The notes: generated from the sequence alone by a model not told the origin. A DNA stretch of 64,000 bases from an uncultured Alphaproteobacteria bacterium (GCA_947259105.1 CAMYKU010000005.1:9530-73529), one strand, 5' to 3'; shown: positions 27,873 to 37,529, numbered from the stretch's first letter. Program-made: numbers and translations.

Positions 27873-27929
27873 GCGTCAAGGAAAGACAGACCGCTTGCCA
27901 GCTTTCGTCACGCGATGCATTAGTGACGG

Positions 27930-28655
27930 ATGATCCTGATTTTCACGGATTTCGGGCTTTCGGGACCCTACGCGGGCCAGATGCGGACGGCTGTGCTGGC
28001 GCAAGATCCCGATGCCGCGATCGTCGACCTGATGCATGACGCGCCGCGCGGCAACCCGCGGGCCGCCGCCTACCTGCTGGCCGCGCTGGCCGAGCGAATG
28101 CCGGCGGAGTGCGTATGCGTTGCCGTCGTCGACCCAGGCGTCGGCGGCGACCGGCCACCGCTTGTCGTTCAGGCCGGCACCCGCTATTTCGTCGGGCCCG
28201 GCAACGGGTTGCTGGACGTCTTGGGCCGTCGCGCGGAAGACGCGCGGGTCTGGCGTATCGACTGGCGGCCCGAGTCCATGTCGGATACGTTTCATGGCCG
28301 CGACCTGTTCGCCCCGGTCGCCGCAATGCTGGCGACGGGCGTGTTTCCGCAAGCTACCGAAATCGGGTGGGACAGCCCGGGCGCAGGCTGGCCCGACGAC
28401 CTGCCGGAGGCAATCTATACCGATGGATTCGGGAACGTCATGAGCGGCCTGCGGGCGTCTCGCATGGCTAACGGCGTACGGATCGCCGCCGCGGGGCATC
28501 TCTTGCGCCGCGCCCGCACGTTTTCCGATGTCGCGGCGGGCGAGGCGTTCTGGTACGAAAATTCCATCGGGCTTGTGGAAATCGCCGTCAATCGGGGCAG
28601 CGCGGCCGATATTCTGGATTTGAAGCCCGGCGATCCCGTATATCCCGCGCCCTGA
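27930..28655 (+). CDS. DUF62 SAM hydrolase (SAM hydroxide adenosyltransferase; chlorinase/fluorinase superfamily)
   Basis: FTDFG, VVDPGVGGDR, GPGNGLL, TFHGRDLFAPVAA, DGFGNV and EIAVNRGSAA. Confidence 0.9.
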   Translation: MILIFTDFGLSGPYAGQMRTAVLAQDPDAAIVDLMHDAPRGNPRAAAYLLAALAERMPAECVCVAVVDPGVGGDRPPLVVQAGTRYFVGPGNGLLDVLGRRAEDARVWRIDWRPESMSDTFHGRDLFAPVAAMLATGVFPQATEIGWDSPGAGWPDDLPEAIYTDGFGNVMSGLRASRMANGVRIAAAGHLLRRARTFSDVAAGEAFWYENSIGLVEIAVNRGSAADILDLKPGDPVYPAP

Positions 28656-28673
28656 CCGAAGGAGGCCTGCGAC

Positions 28674-29600
28674 ATGGACCGCGGCGCACATGCATTCACT
28701 GACGATCCCCGCAATCAGTCGGTTCTTGTTTACGTCAACGGCCAACTGATGCCCCGAGGCGAAGCCGTGGTTTCGGTTTTCGACAGCGGTTTCCTCATGG
28801 GCGACGGGGTATGGGAAGGGATGCGGCTGCACAATGGCAGGATCGCGTTTGTGGAGCGGCACCTCGACCGGCTGTACGAGGGCGCGAAGGCAATCGACCT
28901 CGATATCGGCATGAGCCGGGATACGTTGACCGGGGCGCTTTACGATACGGTCGTGGCAAACGGCATGGAGTCCGGCGTTCATATCCGCCTGATGGTGACG
29001 CGGGGCCTGAAATCCACGCCCTATCAGAGCCCGAATGTGAATGTCGGCGGGCCAACGGTGGTCATCATTGCCGAGCACAAGGCCGCCAGCGAAAGGGTGA
29101 TGGCGCAAGGCCTCAAACTGTTCACCGTGCATGTTCGCCGCGGCGCGCCGGATGTTCTCGACCCGAAGCTCAACATGCATTCCAAGCTCAACTGCATCAC
29201 GGCGGCGATTCAGGCCGACAAGGCGGGGGCGGATGAGGGCCTGATGCTGGACCCGCACGGGTTCGTCGCCACCTGCAACTCGACGAATTTCTTCATCGTG
29301 CGGCGCGGCGCGGTATGGACCTCCACCGGGCGCTACTGCATGAACGGCATCACGAGGGCAAATATGCTGGCGCTGGCGAGCCAGAACGGGATTCCGGCGG
29401 AAGAGAGGGACTTCTCGCTGACCGAGGCCTACAGCGCTGACGAGGCTTTCGTGACCGGCACGTTCGGCGGGCTGACGCCGGTGCGCGAAATCGACGGGCG
29501 TACGATCGGCGACGAGGCGCCCGGCCCCGTTTCCCGGCGGCTGATCGAACTCTACCGCGCGCTGATCGAGCGCGAATGCCCGCCGCCGCTGCAGGCCTGA
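28674..29600 (+). CDS. PLP-dependent aminotransferase class IV (BCAT/D-amino-acid transaminase-like)
   Basis: SVFDSGFLMGDGVWEG, HLDRL, HSKLN (PLP Lys), GITR and ADEAFVTGT. Confidence 0.93.
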   Translation: MDRGAHAFTDDPRNQSVLVYVNGQLMPRGEAVVSVFDSGFLMGDGVWEGMRLHNGRIAFVERHLDRLYEGAKAIDLDIGMSRDTLTGALYDTVVANGMESGVHIRLMVTRGLKSTPYQSPNVNVGGPTVVIIAEHKAASERVMAQGLKLFTVHVRRGAPDVLDPKLNMHSKLNCITAAIQADKAGADEGLMLDPHGFVATCNSTNFFIVRRGAVWTSTGRYCMNGITRANMLALASQNGIPAEERDFSLTEAYSADEAFVTGTFGGLTPVREIDGRTIGDEAPGPVSRRLIELYRALIERECPPPLQA

Positions 29601-29605
29601 GCGCC

Positions 29606-30337
29606 ATGGCCGCAACGCGGATCGCCATGTGGTCGGGGCCGCGCAACGTCTCGACGGCGCTGCTGCGTTCGTGGGGCAACCGGGCCGACACGGCAGTGTG
29701 GGACGAGCCGCTCTATGCCCATTACCTGACGCGATGCACGCCCGATCATCCGGGCATCGAGGAGGTCGTTGCCGCGCACGAGACCGACTGGCGCAAGGTG
29801 GCGGCACGCATTCTGGGACCGGTCCCCGGCGGCCGTGCGATTTTCTACCAGAAGCACATGGCGCACCACATGCTGCCGCATATCGGGGATGAGTGGCTTG
29901 CGGAGTTGTCCAACGCCTTCCTGATCCGCGATCCGGCCGAAGTGCTGCTGTCCATGTCCAGGACCATGCGGGTGGTGACCCTGCAGGACACCGGATTTCC
30001 CGACCAGTTTCGACTGTTCGAACGGGTGCGCGCGTTGACGGGCGCAGCCCCGCCGGTGATCGACGCAAGAGATATCGGCACCGACGCGGAGGGGACGCTG
30101 CGGGCGCTATGCGACGAGCTGTCCGTCCCGTTCGACGATGCCATGCTGTCGTGGCCGCCGGGCCCGCGGCAGACCGACGGCGTCTGGGGCCGGCACTGGT
30201 ATGACCGGGTCAACGCATCCACTGGCTTCAGGCCGTGGAAAGCCCGCAGCGAGCCACTGCCGGACCGCGTCCGGCCGCTTCTGGACGAACTGATGGGGCT
30301 ATACGAATCATTGTACCGGCAAAGGTTGCAACCTTGA
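29606..30337 (+). CDS. Sulfotransferase-fold (P-loop) protein of the BCAT-associated family
   Basis: IAMWSGPRNVSTALLRSW, DEPLYAHYL, YQKHM.HH, FLIRDP and WGRHWY...STGF. Confidence 0.8.
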   Translation: MAATRIAMWSGPRNVSTALLRSWGNRADTAVWDEPLYAHYLTRCTPDHPGIEEVVAAHETDWRKVAARILGPVPGGRAIFYQKHMAHHMLPHIGDEWLAELSNAFLIRDPAEVLLSMSRTMRVVTLQDTGFPDQFRLFERVRALTGAAPPVIDARDIGTDAEGTLRALCDELSVPFDDAMLSWPPGPRQTDGVWGRHWYDRVNASTGFRPWKARSEPLPDRVRPLLDELMGLYESLYRQRLQP

Positions 30338-30346
30338 CCCCGCTGG

Positions 30347-31480
30347 TCACTCCCGCCCCTCGAGGTCCATCTTGAGGCCGATCAGGTGGAGCAGGTCCTT
30401 GAGCGTGACCAGGCCGACCAGCCGGCCGTTCTCCACCACCATCAGCCGGCTGTTGCCGGTGCGCCGCATGAGCTTCAGCGCCTCGATCGCATCCCGTCCG
30501 GCCTCGATCGTATTCTCCGGCGAGGTCGGCGACATGATCTCGAAGACCCGCGCAAGCTCCCATTTCTCGCGCGGAACCTGCTTGATCTGGCCGATTCCCA
30601 CGCACCCGAGCAGGCCGGACTCGTCGACGACCGGGAAGAGCTCATGATAATGGACGTAGACATGATCGTTCACCAGCCGCTGGATGGTGATGTCCGGCGG
30701 CACGGTAACCGGGTCACTCACCATGAAGCGGCGGACGGGCTCGCCCTCGAACACACGGCGGGTCTGAAGCTGCATGTATGAACTCGCGGCGGCGGCCCGT
30801 ATGAACATGCCGATCAACGCATACCAGACCCCGCCGATCACGTTGCCGTTGATGAAATTCAGCAGCCCCAGCCCGATCAGCACGAATCCGAAGATCGACC
30901 CGGCATTGGCCGACAGCCGCGTCGCCCATTGCAGATTGCCCGTCCAGTGCCACAGCGCGGCCCGCAGCATGCGCCCCCCGTCGAGCGGGAAGGCGGGGAC
31001 CAGGTTGAAGACCGCCAGCATCGTATTGACGAAGGCAAGCCACCCGGCAACGGCGAGCACCGGAACCGGAGCCGCGATGCCCGCCCCGAGCAGACCGGCG
31101 AGATGGAACGACACGGCAAGCACACCGCTCGCGATCGGCCCGGCGATGGCCATCAGAAATTCCGCCTGGGCGGTCGGCGGCTCGTCCTCCATCTCGGCGA
31201 CGCCGCCGAAGATGAACAGCGTGATCCCCCGGATCGGCATGCCATACTGGCGGGCCACCAGCGAGTGGCTGAGTTCGTGGAGTATGATCGACGCGAACAG
31301 ACCCAGCGCCCCGGCCACACCCATCCAGAGATACGATGCGGGCGTCAGGTCCTGATAATTCTGGGGGAAGTAACCGCCGGCCAGCGACCAGGTCACCAGC
31401 ACCGCCAGGATCAGCCAGCTGGCGTCGATCTTGACCTCGAATCCAAGAATTTCGAAAAGCCTGATCCCGCGCCCAAACAT
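30347..31480 (-). CDS. Site-2 (M50) intramembrane metalloprotease with tandem CBS domains
   Basis: HELSH, IFGGVA, AGP, FNLVPAFPLDGGR and a C-terminal CBS pair. Confidence 0.95.
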   Translation of the reverse strand: MFGRGIRLFEILGFEVKIDASWLILAVLVTWSLAGGYFPQNYQDLTPASYLWMGVAGALGLFASIILHELSHSLVARQYGMPIRGITLFIFGGVAEMEDEPPTAQAEFLMAIAGPIASGVLAVSFHLAGLLGAGIAAPVPVLAVAGWLAFVNTMLAVFNLVPAFPLDGGRMLRAALWHWTGNLQWATRLSANAGSIFGFVLIGLGLLNFINGNVIGGVWYALIGMFIRAAAASSYMQLQTRRVFEGEPVRRFMVSDPVTVPPDITIQRLVNDHVYVHYHELFPVVDESGLLGCVGIGQIKQVPREKWELARVFEIMSPTSPENTIEAGRDAIEALKLMRRTGNSRLMVVENGRLVGLVTLKDLLHLIGLKMDLEGRE

Positions 31481-31515
31481 CAATCAAACTCCGGGGTCCA
31501 TTCCAGCCGAAACCA

Positions 31516-31788
31516 TCATCCGTCGTCCTTGCGATGGCCGATCTGCGTGCGCCCGCGCCACTGCCGTCGCCGGGGGACGACCCGGTGCAACCATCCGCGC
31601 AGCCGGCGCCGCAGCGTCGGCACATCCAGCGCGATCAGCATCGCACCCAGCGGGACCATCCAGAACCCGAGCACCGGCAGGAAACCGAATATCCCGCCCA
31701 CCATCAACAATAACCCCAATACGGTGCGCAGGCCGACGGGAAGTTTCAGCCGACCCCATGCGAATGCGCGGCGCAACCGGCGCAGCAA
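31516..31788 (-). CDS. Small conserved membrane protein
   Basis: RTVLGLLLMVGGIFGFLPVLGFWMVPLG hairpin flanked by Arg-rich ends. Start codon uncertain. Confidence 0.75.
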   Translation of the reverse strand: MLRRLRRAFAWGRLKLPVGLRTVLGLLLMVGGIFGFLPVLGFWMVPLGAMLIALDVPTLRRRLRGWLHRVVPRRRQWRGRTQIGHRKDDG

Positions 31789-31901
31789 ACCATTCTTGCG
31801 GTCTTCGGACAGTATGAAACGGGCCTCCGGTCAGGGTTTCCGCACGCCGTGGAAATGGGGCGATCGTCCGTTATGTGAGTCTCCACGGGGCCGACTGCAA
31901 G

Positions 31902-32819
31902 TCAAACCACGCCTATCGGCGGCGGTCGCCGGCGCATGCCGCTCAGCGCCTGGCCGGTAATCGCCAGCAGCAGAATGGCGCCGCCCAGCAGGGTCGGCAG
32001 GCCGGGAACTTCGGAAAAGGCAAGCCATACCCAGACCGGACCCAGCACCACCTCGGTCAGCGCAAGCAACATCAGCTCTGCCGCCGGCACATGGCGCGAC
32101 CCGAAGGTGTAGACGGCAAGGCTCCCGGCGATGGCCACCGCGCCATATACGAGACAGATCGCCAGGTCGGTAGCGGTGACGGCGAATCCCGAACCTCCGG
32201 CCGCGATCGCCAGTCCTGCGGCCAGGGCCCCGGCCAGCCCGGCCAGGCAGGTGGCGGGCATCATGTCGGCCCCGCGCCCGCCGCGCAGCGCCACCGCGTA
32301 GCCGGCAAATCCGATCGCCGCGCCCAGGGCGGTCAGGTCCCCGAACGGATCGCCGGCCGCGACACCGTCGCCCACCATCACCGCGACGCCCAGTGCGGCG
32401 GCAGCCATCGCAATCCAGGTCGCGCGGCGCACCGCCTCGCCAAGCAGGAGGCGGGCCAGGATGGCCGCGATGAACGGGCCCGCACTCAGCAGGAACAACG
32501 TGTTCGCCACCGTCGTATGGGTCATCGAGAATACGAAGCAGGTAAATCCGGCGGCCAGGCACAGCCCCGCGATCACGCCGGCGCGCCCGGCCCCGCGGAA
32601 AGCGGCCGCCACCTTACCCTGGCTGCGGAACGCGATGAGAACCAGCAGCGCCGCGGCCAGGCCGAGCGATCGCCAGAACAGGATCTGCCATTCATCGGCG
32701 GCTTCGATGGAACGAATGAACAGACCGCCGAGGCTCATACCGGCCCCGGCGACCAGAACCAGAATTCGGCCGCGCAACAGGACGGCGCGGTCCGCCGCAG
32801 CTGCACCAATGTCACTCAA
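31902..32819 (-). CDS. DMT/EamA family transporter
   Basis: About ten TM helices, TTVANT, LLGE and EVVLGPVWVW...E.P. Confidence 0.9.
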   Translation of the reverse strand: MSDIGAAAADRAVLLRGRILVLVAGAGMSLGGLFIRSIEAADEWQILFWRSLGLAAALLVLIAFRSQGKVAAAFRGAGRAGVIAGLCLAAGFTCFVFSMTHTTVANTLFLLSAGPFIAAILARLLLGEAVRRATWIAMAAAALGVAVMVGDGVAAGDPFGDLTALGAAIGFAGYAVALRGGRGADMMPATCLAGLAGALAAGLAIAAGGSGFAVTATDLAICLVYGAVAIAGSLAVYTFGSRHVPAAELMLLALTEVVLGPVWVWLAFSEVPGLPTLLGGAILLLAITGQALSGMRRRPPPIGVV

Positions 32820-32876
32820 GGGTTGCCAGGATCCCTTCCTGCCGGGCTCTCCCGGGATTCGCGCCAGCGAACAGCT

Positions 32877-33983
32877 CTAACCGCGTGAAAACATCGCGGT
32901 CAGAGCGCCGCCGAAGCTTCCCTCCTCCAGATACTTCATGCCGCAGATTCCGCCCGCGATGATCGAGACCAGCGCGATCAGCGAGCCGATGGCCAGAGTC
33001 GATACGCCGGTAATGCCCTGGCCGATGGTGCAGCCCAGCGCCAGGATGCCGCCGGTACCCATCAGGGCGCCGCCAATCAAATGCCGGATCATGTCACTCG
33101 CATCGGTGAAGCTTTCGATGCTGAAGGTCCGTGTCGCCATCGCCATGACGAAGGAACCCACGATCACCCCGCCGACCGTGGCGATGCCGAAATTGATCGT
33201 CGCGCCCGAGAAGGTCATCAGATAGACGAGGCTTTCGCCGGTCGGGTTCACGAAGGTGAAGGAGGCCAGTTGCGTCGGCTCGAAATCGTCATAGCCGATC
33301 ACGCCGGTCGCATACCAGGCCGCCGGAATCAACAGGCCGATGATGAGGCCGGCTGCGGTATCGCGCCTCGAGGCGCGGAATTCCGCATCCTTGAAGCAGA
33401 AGACGAACAATGCGCCGGCCAGAACGAGCGTCGCCACCCACCGGATGATGTCGGCCGACGCGCCGGTCAGGCCGGCCAGCAGGTCCGGGATCCCCTGCGA
33501 GTCGAATGATCCGGAAAGATCGATATTGGTGGCCGCTTCCAGTTCCACGCGGCCCAGCCCGATCAGCCCGCGCAGCGTCATATACGCGAATATACCGAGC
33601 ACGATGGCGACAACCAGGGACTTCAGGTTGCCGGCGCCGAGCCGCACCAGCGTCTTGTTCCCGCAACCGCCGCCCAGCGTCATGCCGAACCCGAACATCA
33701 GGCCGCCGAGTATGGCGCCGAGCCAGCCGAGATTCGTGGTCAGGTAGATGGATTCGGTCAGGTCGACCACTTCGAGGGCAAACATGCCCTGGCTGACGAG
33801 CATCGCCGTTGCGATTGCCAGCATCCAGGCGCGAAAGCGGTTCCAGTTGCCCATGAACACCATGTCGGAAATGGCGCCCATGGTGCAGAAGTTGGTGCGC
33901 TGGGCCGTCGCGCCGAAAATTCCGCCAAGCCCGAATCCCAGCAGGGCGACGACGGTGCCGATCGGCATATCTTCCATTGGCAT
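32877..33983 (-). CDS. YeeE/YedE family sulfur-compound transporter
   Basis: RTNFCTMGA, GGLMFGFGMTLGGGCG and GGALMGTGGILALGCTIGQG (three conserved Cys). Confidence 0.92.
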   Translation of the reverse strand: MPMEDMPIGTVVALLGFGLGGIFGATAQRTNFCTMGAISDMVFMGNWNRFRAWMLAIATAMLVSQGMFALEVVDLTESIYLTTNLGWLGAILGGLMFGFGMTLGGGCGNKTLVRLGAGNLKSLVVAIVLGIFAYMTLRGLIGLGRVELEAATNIDLSGSFDSQGIPDLLAGLTGASADIIRWVATLVLAGALFVFCFKDAEFRASRRDTAAGLIIGLLIPAAWYATGVIGYDDFEPTQLASFTFVNPTGESLVYLMTFSGATINFGIATVGGVIVGSFVMAMATRTFSIESFTDASDMIRHLIGGALMGTGGILALGCTIGQGITGVSTLAIGSLIALVSIIAGGICGMKYLEEGSFGGALTAMFSRG

Positions 33984-34049
33984 CTTCCTCTCTTTCAGAC
34001 GTCATGCTCAAACCCACCCCACCCTTGCGGGCCGGCGGGCCGGCGGGCT

Positions 34050-34100
34050 GCAGATTACGTCCGTCTTAATTAGTTACGAAAAATCGAATATGTAATCTGC
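34050..34100. promoter_or_regulatory. Inverted repeat and ATTC-N8-GAAT-like site upstream of yeeE
   Basis: GCAGATTAC (34050-58) and GTAATCTGC (34092-100) bracket TTAC-GAAAAATC-GAAT (34074-89). Confidence 0.4.
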
Positions 34101-34233
34101 CACCGGCAGGCGCCGGGATGCAAGCCCGTATCGTACCGCCATGGCGACGGCCGGCCAATGCGCTCAAACCGATCGCCCGTTCGGATCTGGTGTGGCCGAT
34201 TAAGGAAGTCGTTAAGATTCGGGTATAATCTGC

Positions 34234-36477
34234 ATGGTTCTGGAAGCAAGAACCATGACCGCACTCGAAGCGAACCAGCAGCACGACCTGTGGGTCGACC
34301 GGTGCCGACAGCAACTCGAACGAGGCGCGGCCGGCAATGCGCTTGCCGCCTGGATGCAGTCCGAAGGCGTCAGCGCCGACATGGCTGCAGCCATCCTGCA
34401 GGCTGCACGGGGCGGACCGGTGGCGGAGTCCGGACAACCGGTCCACGCGGACCCCGCACCCGCCGCGTCGCCCGAAACCACTGTTCAGGAAACCACGGCG
34501 CCGGAAACGACGGTGCCGGAACCAACGGGATCGGAAACGACGGTGCCGGACACGACGGCCCCGCAGGGGGAGACCGCGCAGTCCCCCGGCGCGGACACTG
34601 CCGTCCCGAACCTGGATGGCGCGTCCGCGGAACACGCGGCGGCTACCACGCCGGCACACACCCCCTGCACGCCCGACAACGCAGCCGCCGTATTCGCCAA
34701 GGCGTTCGGCAAGTCGGGCAAGACGGCCCCTGGCGAGGCAACGCCGGCGCCGCCAGATCCCAGCCAACCGGATGCCGTACCGGCCGTTGAACCGGCACCG
34801 GCCGCGACGGTCCCGTCCCCGGCTGCGCCGCAACCGCCAGCGCAGGCCGTGTTGCCGCAGGAGCCGCCAACAGTGCCGCAGGATCTTGGCGTACATCCGG
34901 AGTCCCCGGCGCCAAGCGACCCGGCGCCGGCCACCGCGGTGCCGGTCACGCCGCCGCTGCCGCAGACCGTTGTGCCGCAGGAACACTCGGTCAACCCGGC
35001 GCCGTCGACCGTGCCTCCGAATCCGTTTGGCACGCCGCGCCCTCCAATCGTATTTCAACCTGTCCCGGCGCCGGCCGAGGACATTCCGCGGCAGGATGAC
35101 GCACTATCGGAATCGCCCCACCAGGAGACTCCTGACATTACAGAGACGAGGGACGGTGCGCGCGAGGACGGAGAGCCGCCGCCAGGCGACGATACCGATG
35201 GAACAACTCCGGACGAGTCGGGCACTTTCATAACGGAGCCCGACCCGGACTCCAGTTCGGATGTCGATCATCGGCCGGATGCCGGCCCGATACCAGGCGA
35301 TGATGCCGATGAAGCGCTGCTCGAGGGGTCAGACACCGCCGTGACGGAGCCCGACCCGGAGCCCGGCATGGACGCAGACACTCCCCCGGATGACGGTGCG
35401 CCGGCCGATTTGGCGCACGAACGTCATCCCGAGGATCCTGAAATATCGGCGCCAGACGAACAGGACGCCCCGGCGGACGATCTGGAGCCGTCCGGCGGCG
35501 ACGACGCTGACGAATTCGATGAAGACGAGCCCGCAGATGCCCATGCTGCTGCGTTCGACGCGATCGAACATCCGTTAGCAATGGAGCCTCCCGCCGAGGC
35601 GCCGGCGCCGGACTCGTCCCTGGACGAACCGCAGCCGGACGACGCATCCTCCGGCGTGGCCGAGCCCGATGAACCATATCGATTCGAGGACTCGCTGGAG
35701 GAAGCCGCATCGCGCATGGGGATGGACCTGCGTCACGACGCGCGCCAGACGCCGGCCGAATCATACGATGATTTCATCGACCAGGAACAACAGCGCGTTC
35801 CGGAGCCGTCAAACGGATCCGCCGACGAATTCGGTGTTGAACCAATCGGTGAAACCGGTGCTGGACCGGATGACGAACCCCACCGGACCGCGCAGGAAGC
35901 TGCCGAACGACGCACGTTCGGCCGGCGCGACAATAGCGGTCCGGCGTCCGACGACGCCACCGGTGAGCCTGCTGAGGCGATGCCCGACGCGGGCGACCAG
36001 GAACCCAGCCCCCGGCCGTCGACTCCGGCGGAAGGTGCCGAAGGGGAACTGGCCCGCACCATCCGCGAAGCTGAACGGGGCACCGACGGCGAGCCCGACC
36101 CCGCGCCCCAGTGGCAGGAGCCGAAAACCGAAGAGGAACTGGCTGCCGCGGCGAAGAAACTGGGGATCAGCTTCCGGGACGAACCCGAAGCCGGCCAGTC
36201 GCCCGCACCCGATGCGCAGGAAGACGAGATGAAGCGCGCAGCGCGTGAACTGGGAATCAGCTTTCGGGACGAACCCGCCGGCCCGGACCCTGCGGCCCCG
36301 GACGATGCCATCGCCAAGGCGGCGCAGGAACTGGGGATCAGCTTTCGCGATGCCTATGAGCCCGAGGCGAAACAGAAGAGCCTTCTGGCACGGTTCTGGC
36401 CCGTCATTCTGGTGATGGTGCTTGCCGCGATCGCCATGCCAATTATCGGGGCATATTTGATGTTCGCCGGAAACTAG
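34234..36477 (+). CDS. Large acidic Pro/Glu/Asp-rich, probably disordered protein with AAxxLGISFRD repeats and a C-terminal TM anchor
   Basis: Short helical N-terminal domain, PETT repeats, a long acidic tract, three LGISFRD motifs and the hydrophobic tail FWPVILVMVLAAIAMPIIGAYLMF. Confidence 0.8.
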   Translation: MVLEARTMTALEANQQHDLWVDRCRQQLERGAAGNALAAWMQSEGVSADMAAAILQAARGGPVAESGQPVHADPAPAASPETTVQETTAPETTVPEPTGSETTVPDTTAPQGETAQSPGADTAVPNLDGASAEHAAATTPAHTPCTPDNAAAVFAKAFGKSGKTAPGEATPAPPDPSQPDAVPAVEPAPAATVPSPAAPQPPAQAVLPQEPPTVPQDLGVHPESPAPSDPAPATAVPVTPPLPQTVVPQEHSVNPAPSTVPPNPFGTPRPPIVFQPVPAPAEDIPRQDDALSESPHQETPDITETRDGAREDGEPPPGDDTDGTTPDESGTFITEPDPDSSSDVDHRPDAGPIPGDDADEALLEGSDTAVTEPDPEPGMDADTPPDDGAPADLAHERHPEDPEISAPDEQDAPADDLEPSGGDDADEFDEDEPADAHAAAFDAIEHPLAMEPPAEAPAPDSSLDEPQPDDASSGVAEPDEPYRFEDSLEEAASRMGMDLRHDARQTPAESYDDFIDQEQQRVPEPSNGSADEFGVEPIGETGAGPDDEPHRTAQEAAERRTFGRRDNSGPASDDATGEPAEAMPDAGDQEPSPRPSTPAEGAEGELARTIREAERGTDGEPDPAPQWQEPKTEEELAAAAKKLGISFRDEPEAGQSPAPDAQEDEMKRAARELGISFRDEPAGPDPAAPDDAIAKAAQELGISFRDAYEPEAKQKSLLARFWPVILVMVLAAIAMPIIGAYLMFAGN

Positions 36478-36545
36478 CGTCGTGGTTTCGACGTTCGAGA
36501 CGCCAAATGAGTCGATCTTAACGGATATTCGCGCGCATTAACCTG

Positions 36546-37058
36546 ATGGCAACCGGGACAGTATATCGTTCAAGCGGGGGCTATCATCGGGTGGAGTCCA
36601 CCATGCGTTTAGAGATTGGCGTTTTCGTTGCGGAAACCCCCCTTACCGACAAGGATGCGCTGCAAAGATTTTGCGCCCAGCGCAGCGACCGAAGTCCGGA
36701 CCGATCGAGCGAACCCGCGCCCGGCATCGCCGCCTTCATGACCGACCTGACGGATCGCTATCCGCGTCTCGAGTCGTTGCCCGAGGAGGGGCGGATGGAG
36801 TCGCCCTGGTCCGGCGATTTCGACGTCTGCGATGGGCAGGTACTGATTGCAATGGGCGGCAGCCAGTGTGGGGATGCGGTCGAATTCATCATGGAGCTTG
36901 CCGAGAAACACGGTCTCGTCTGCTTCGACCCGAAGACCTGCTCGATTCTCACCGCACCGCCTGGCATTCACATGGAAAAACAGTCGGATACGGCGATGTG
37001 GCCGCTCACGCTCGCGACCTTGTCGCTGGCGATTTTCGGGCTGCTGTGGCTGCGCTGA
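36546..37058 (+). CDS. Hypothetical protein with C-terminal TM helix
   Basis: Coding-like codon use, SPWS and LAEKHGLVCFDP segments, hydrophobic tail. The start may be 36603. Confidence 0.65.
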   Translation: MATGTVYRSSGGYHRVESTMRLEIGVFVAETPLTDKDALQRFCAQRSDRSPDRSSEPAPGIAAFMTDLTDRYPRLESLPEEGRMESPWSGDFDVCDGQVLIAMGGSQCGDAVEFIMELAEKHGLVCFDPKTCSILTAPPGIHMEKQSDTAMWPLTLATLSLAIFGLLWLR

Positions 37059-37151
37059 TGGCGGACTGCCGCGACAAGGCGGGCTATCGCTTGCCGCGCC
37101 GCGTGCTACATTGAGCCGAGCGATCCGGCACGACCACGAGCAAGGTGGGTC

Positions 37152-37529
37152 ATGGCAGTCATGGAATGGAAAGATTCGTTCAGCGTCGGCAACGAGAAGA
37201 TGGATGCCCAGCACAAGGGGTTGATCGACCTGGTCAATCTGCTGGATGACGAGGACATGACAGGTATCGCGCTTGAGCGGCTGAAGAGCTATGTCCAGGA
37301 GCATTTCCGCGACGAGGAGAGAATGCTGGAGGCGGCCGGTTACCCCGGTCTCGACGACCAGAAGACGCAGCACCAGGAATTCGAGGACTGGCTGGCGCAG
37401 ACCCACCAGAGCTACGTAACCGGCAGCGGCCCCAAGACCCTGAGGGAAGACGTGCAGGACTACCTGAAGGGCTGGCTGACCGAGCACATCCTGGATTCGG
37501 ACAAGGCCTACTCCTCCTGGATCAAATAA
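37152..37529 (+). CDS. Single-domain bacteriohemerythrin-like protein
   Basis: W..SFSVG...MDAQH, HFRDEE.M...GYP, QHQEF and WLTEHILDSD. Confidence 0.9.
   Translation: MAVMEWKDSFSVGNEKMDAQHKGLIDLVNLLDDEDMTGIALERLKSYVQEHFRDEERMLEAAGYPGLDDQKTQHQEFEDWLAQTHQSYVTGSGPKTLREDVQDYLKGWLTEHILDSDKAYSSWIK

Noticed and set aside
27930-28655. SAM-dependent fluorinase or chlorinase activity
   Set aside because: The Asp-Arg-His hydrolase residues are present (TFHGRD rather than TFY-type), which favours SAM hydrolysis.
34200-34215. CtrA box upstream of the acidic scaffold gene
   Set aside because: TTAA-GGAAGTCG-TTAA has an 8-nt spacer rather than 7, so it is too weak to call.
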